Assembly (NCBI GenBank): GCA_051294375.1
Contig: JBJCIZ010000316.1
Span: 1 to 11,796 of the forward strand
Direction: 5' to 3'
Source of the DNA: Paraspadella gotoi
Lineage: Eukaryota; Animalia; Chaetognatha
Length of the DNA stretch: 11,796 nt
Below, one piece after another: positions 7,721-11,796 of the stretch; position 1 is the first letter of the stretch; the number at the start of each line of letters is the position of its first letter. The position numbers and the translations under genes were made by a program. The notes below the pieces were generated by a model. The model did not search any database, was not told where the DNA came from, and was given only the letters and a program-made list of their open reading frames with translations.

Positions 7721-8357
7721 CGTTTAAAAATAATAAAATATAACAAATCGANNNNNNNNNNTAGCTATTTTAGTGTAAACAAGTTTGTAGAATTAGATGG
7801 TGATGACCATTTTTTTGTATGATTTTATCTTTCTTGTCGAAAATAACGATTTTTAATGTATATAAAATTGTCATAAAATAGCACAACATTATAAGTTATG
7901 ATAAATTAAATTATTAATTTTTTTTTAAATTAATATGATCTTTTGAAATATAAAAATAAAGATTTATAAAAATATTTGGTAAGTTTATTTTTAAATTTTA
8001 TATTTTATAAAAAGTTAGTTAGCTATGGTTATTAATAATTATGAGTAAAAATTAGGTTAAAATTATTCCTTCCAAAAAGTTGATGTAAGAAAATATAATT
8101 TTTATATCAAAATTATGTTATTAAGTTGGTTAAAATTCAGATAAACCATAATTTTAATCCAAAAATTAAATAAAAAAAATAGTTNNNNNNNNNNTTTACC
8201 TACTTAATGAAAGAATTTATAAGGAATTCAAATCCGGTTTTAAAATTTTAATATTTTTATTTTGGAAGCTACATATCAACATCGAATTCNNNNNNNNNNA
8301 TTACACTAAAATAGCCATGTACCTTATTCGATTTGTTATATTTTGTTATTTTTAACG
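7721..8357. mobile_element. MITE-like element candidate with ~57-bp inverted repeats
   Basis: 7721-7778 is the reverse complement of 8301-8357 with few mismatches on both sides of the N-run. The interior is very AT-rich and non-coding. No clear TSD. Confidence 0.55.
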
Positions 8358-8648
8358 AGTAATTCATTTATATTGAATTTTTTTTTTTAATATTTTTTTT
8401 TCAAATTGTTAAAAAATATTAAAAACATTCTTTTTTTGGTGTCACTCATGAAGGGACACGGGGTAGTTTGCTGGATCTTGTTTTTCTCAGATTCCGATTC
8501 TATAATCCACTTTGTCAGTCTGTCGGTCCACCCCCACAATCTTATCGGTCATTCATATGAATCATGTCAGATAAATTATGCAAATGAAATGTTCGGTCGT
8601 CTGTTAAACCATCCCTTCATCCGTCTGTCCATACGTCCCCTCCTTTGA

Positions 8649-8684
8649 ATTATTATTATTACTATTATTATTATTACTATTACT
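8649..8684 (+). repeat. (TAT/TAC)n microsatellite
   Basis: Directly visible. Confidence 0.85.
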
Positions 8685-8692
8685 CGTGACTG

Positions 8693-8931
8693 GATAGATG
8701 GATTGAGATTAAATCTGGTATGTCAGTAGAAAAGTGTGTGATTGAGCTGGATANNNNNNNNNNATGCAATCCTACGAGCGGAAATGAGTTTAAACTTTAA
8801 ATGAAAAAAAAACTAAAGTCACATTTACTTAAATTTTTTTACTTATATTTTCTAAAAATTATTCCAATTATTTATAATTTGATAGTTGGATTGAGATGAA
8901 ATTTTGTGTGAGTAGGAAAGTGTGTGATTGA
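8693..8931 (+). repeat. Diverged ~52-bp direct repeat (8693-8745 and 8881-8931)
   Basis: GATAGATGGATTGAGATTAAAT...AGTAGAAAAGTGTGTGATTGA versus GATAGTTGGATTGAGATGAAAT...AGTAGGAAAGTGTGTGATTGA, separated by an N-gap and an AT-rich spacer. Confidence 0.75.
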
Positions 8932-9090
8932 AAAAAATGAAAGGACATTTATTAATTCAAAAACCCAATAAAAACACAAAAAAGAAGTCAATTTAGAATT
9001 AAAAAATAATGACTATTGATAGTAAAATATAATAAAAAAAAAAATATTATTTATCATCTGATCTGATTTGCTGCTTAATGCTAAATTATC

Positions 9091-9418
9091 ACGGGCAAAT
9101 CCGACGTTTCCTTCATTTTTCCAGTCACTCAAGTCTACCTTTTCTACAGTATTCCTGTGGTTAGGGCCACGAGCCCCACAAGTACACTACAAGCCCAGAG
9201 ACTTGCGGGCGAAGGNNNNNNNNNNGGCCACAAGACCGGAGCCTCAGACTTTCGTGATGAACTCGGGGTCTTTCCACAAAGCCAGTGACACAGGGCTTGA
9301 CACCATCGACAGGGCGATGGACAAGATCGCGACCAATTCCGGCAGAGATGAGGCGAGTGGACGACGGCGTCACCCAGTAACAGCCTGACGGGTCAACGGA
9401 CGAGGAGAGGTCCACTGA
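9091..9418 (+). mobile_element. Highly decayed RLE-type non-LTR retrotransposon 3' end (second, divergent copy)
   Basis: Frameshifted translation GKSDVSFIFPVTQVYL / PVVRATSPTSTLQAQRLAGE [gap] EPQTFVMNSGSFHKAS...MDKIATNSGRDEASGRRRHPVTA*RVNG parallels the RLE order (R)PD...DV.VV.P..P...F.P.V.E..G...R.R.SV...RGN. The individual motifs are poor. Confidence 0.4.
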
Positions 9419-11796
9419 GACTAGTTCGTTACTAGTTTCGTGACAGTAAAAGGCCTTCTCTTCTCTCTTCATCCTTTGGTGTCTGCATTACGTCTCGACG
9501 ATGACAGCGGCGTTATTTGGAACCCCTCCGCCCGCAGAACCCGCTCCAAGCGAGGCGGCATTGGCGAACAATCAGCCTGTGTCGAGTCAACTTTCCCGCA
9601 ATGCCCCTATTTTCTTTCGCGGCGGTTTCAGCGTCTGCTTCGCTCGCGACGGCAACATCGATATCACAAAAATCTCATCACGACCGCGGATGCTTCAGCC
9701 AATTCTCCGCCCGCGGCGACGAACGCTGCTCATGGACTCTTTTACCGACGGTGAATTTCCTTTTATTCGTTTTTATTCTGTTTTAAATTTAGTTTTATTT
9801 TGTCTGTCTTTAGTTCGAAAAAAAAAATATTCGTTTGAGTTAATTTTAAGTCTAAGATTCGACGTTCAAACATTTTAAAAGTTTATATCACGATGCATTG
9901 CGATTGAAATAAGATCATAAATGAAAGGTAAAAAAAAGNNNNNNNNNNTTGTTGCCAACTTGTCAAATGGGTGATCAATATTGATGCATGAATTGTTTAA
10001 CAAGTCTTTTATTAAAATTATATGTATGGATGAAATATCAATGGTGATCATTTTGTTAAAAATAACGTTGACGTTTAGTCAAATAACGAGGGTAAATAAT
10101 AAGTGGCAAAGTATTTGGTTGACAATAGTTTATTAATGACGGACAATGATTAGGGTGATGACATAGGTAACGATGACACGATAACAAAGGTTAAGACAAA
10201 GGTGATGACAATATTAAATGGTTCAATAATTATTTGAAGAAGAGTTCTTTCTTGAGTTAGGGTGTAGAGGTGAATTAATCGAGTTCTCTTAGCAATTTTG
10301 ACCATCAATCCCTCCGTCGGTTTTCCTCTGTCGGTCATTGGTCATTCTAAGGTTGAACTAAGGTCTGTGATTCGTCGGCATTCTGATGATTCGTGAAGGA
10401 GACGAGCAATCACATCACTAGGCCAACCAAGTCCGTTTATAGGTCCATTCCGTTGATGATAATAATGCAGTTCAACCGCTTTACATTATCTTGATTTGTT
10501 GCTACACATGTATTATTAAATTTAAGGATGACGNNNNNNNNNNTTTCAACCAACACTCAACAACGCTTGGTATACAGCGAATCAAATCATTTGAGCCTCG
10601 GTGTAAAAAAGTGTTGCAAAATGTTAAGGTANNNNNNNNNNTAAATCAATGTTTACTTCTATTAAATCAAATGAAGCCCCTTTTTTTTAATTCTAAATTT
10701 ATTTNNNNNNNNNNTTTAGGCGAATCCAATTGCGCTGATCTCATTTACAACAAAAGTTTACTCAAGAATAACTCTTAATCAATATTCAATGCTTATCTAT
10801 ATCTTTTCTGATTGGGAAATGTTTAATGAATTATGCTTTTGTAAATGTGGCTTAAGCCCAATTGTTTTATTTCAAAGAAATAGAAACGAGAACAATTTAA
10901 CATTCACATGTTTCAAGTTGGTTAATTTGTTTAGTTTGTGTAATTTGGACCAGAGCAGATGACCTTAGGTCTTCGGATCTTCGGATCAGGCTGTAACACT
11001 CAGGGTCTGCTTATATTGAACGGTTCTTGTCAATAACACAACAATAATTACTGTCTCTTCAACTTGTAAATTGACGTGTTTCGTATNNNNNNNNNNTTTA
11101 GAGTTAGACTTGGGGCAAAATGTTTTGGATAATTGAATTATTTCCAGTTTATTTGGTATTGTTCATATTCTAGCCTCACCACAAAAAATTTCTTATCTCC
11201 AGAACGAAATGATGATATAATNNNNNNNNNNTGTGTGTGTTAAAAACAAACATATTTCTTGCCGTTTCCGCCGATTATAAAGCCGACGCGGATTCCTCCG
11301 CCGTCAGTCAATTGTTGTCCGAAATATCCTGACTAGCCGCAGCTGCTCGTGCCGNNNNNNNNNNCTCCTGACGACGTCGTCTACCATGGATCCTTTCGCA
11401 GGGAACCTCTACACAGTTCAAATCCATCGTCGCGATCCGGATCGACTCCTTCTTTGGTTTAGCACAGAAAATTCAAAGACGAATCCTATCAATATATCTA
11501 GCCGTTATAAAAGACATTAAAATAGCTGTTATCTAAGTATTTAACGTTTCAATAACATGTGCATATATAAATATTAAATTAACTTTCTACTATCACACAA
11601 ATCTGCAACCATTTACTTAAAACTTAATCACCGTTCCTCCTCCGCACATTTCTTTACTTAAATTGTATTNNNNNNNNNNNNNNNTTTTGCCATACTGTTT
11701 TTTTAGTTTATTCAAGCATAATTGCAATAAAAAATGAATTATTTCCCTTCTATTTATTTTACATGGGTGTTATTGTTCCTTCGTCCGAGGCTTCGG

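Noticed and set aside
11258-11520. CpG-rich segments as coding exons (e.g. MDPFAGNLYTVQIHRRDPDRLLLWF)
   Set aside because: Too short, split by N-gaps, and no recognisable domain or splice support.

Overview
AT-rich eukaryotic, repeat-dominated window from a gappy short-read scaffold, with 15 N-runs, all in the right half. No intact host gene is recognisable. Best-supported elements: (1) the C-terminal zinc-knuckle plus restriction-like endonuclease (RLE) region of a CRE-like non-LTR retrotransposon (5779-6318), and a second, more decayed RLE-like remnant (~9091-9418); (2) a ~140-bp-arm inverted repeat (7114-7438) in which each arm carries a minimal type I hammerhead ribozyme of the kind found in Penelope-like element pseudo-LTRs, followed by a third, degenerate hammerhead unit in tandem (7523-7551); (3) a decayed minus-strand ORF running off the left edge, with two structurally conserved hairpins bracketing its ATG; (4) small non-autonomous DNA-element candidates (HINE/Helentron-like 3644-3756, MITE-like 7721-8357), plus microsatellites and minisatellites. 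All calls come from reading the sequence by eye; no searches were run.
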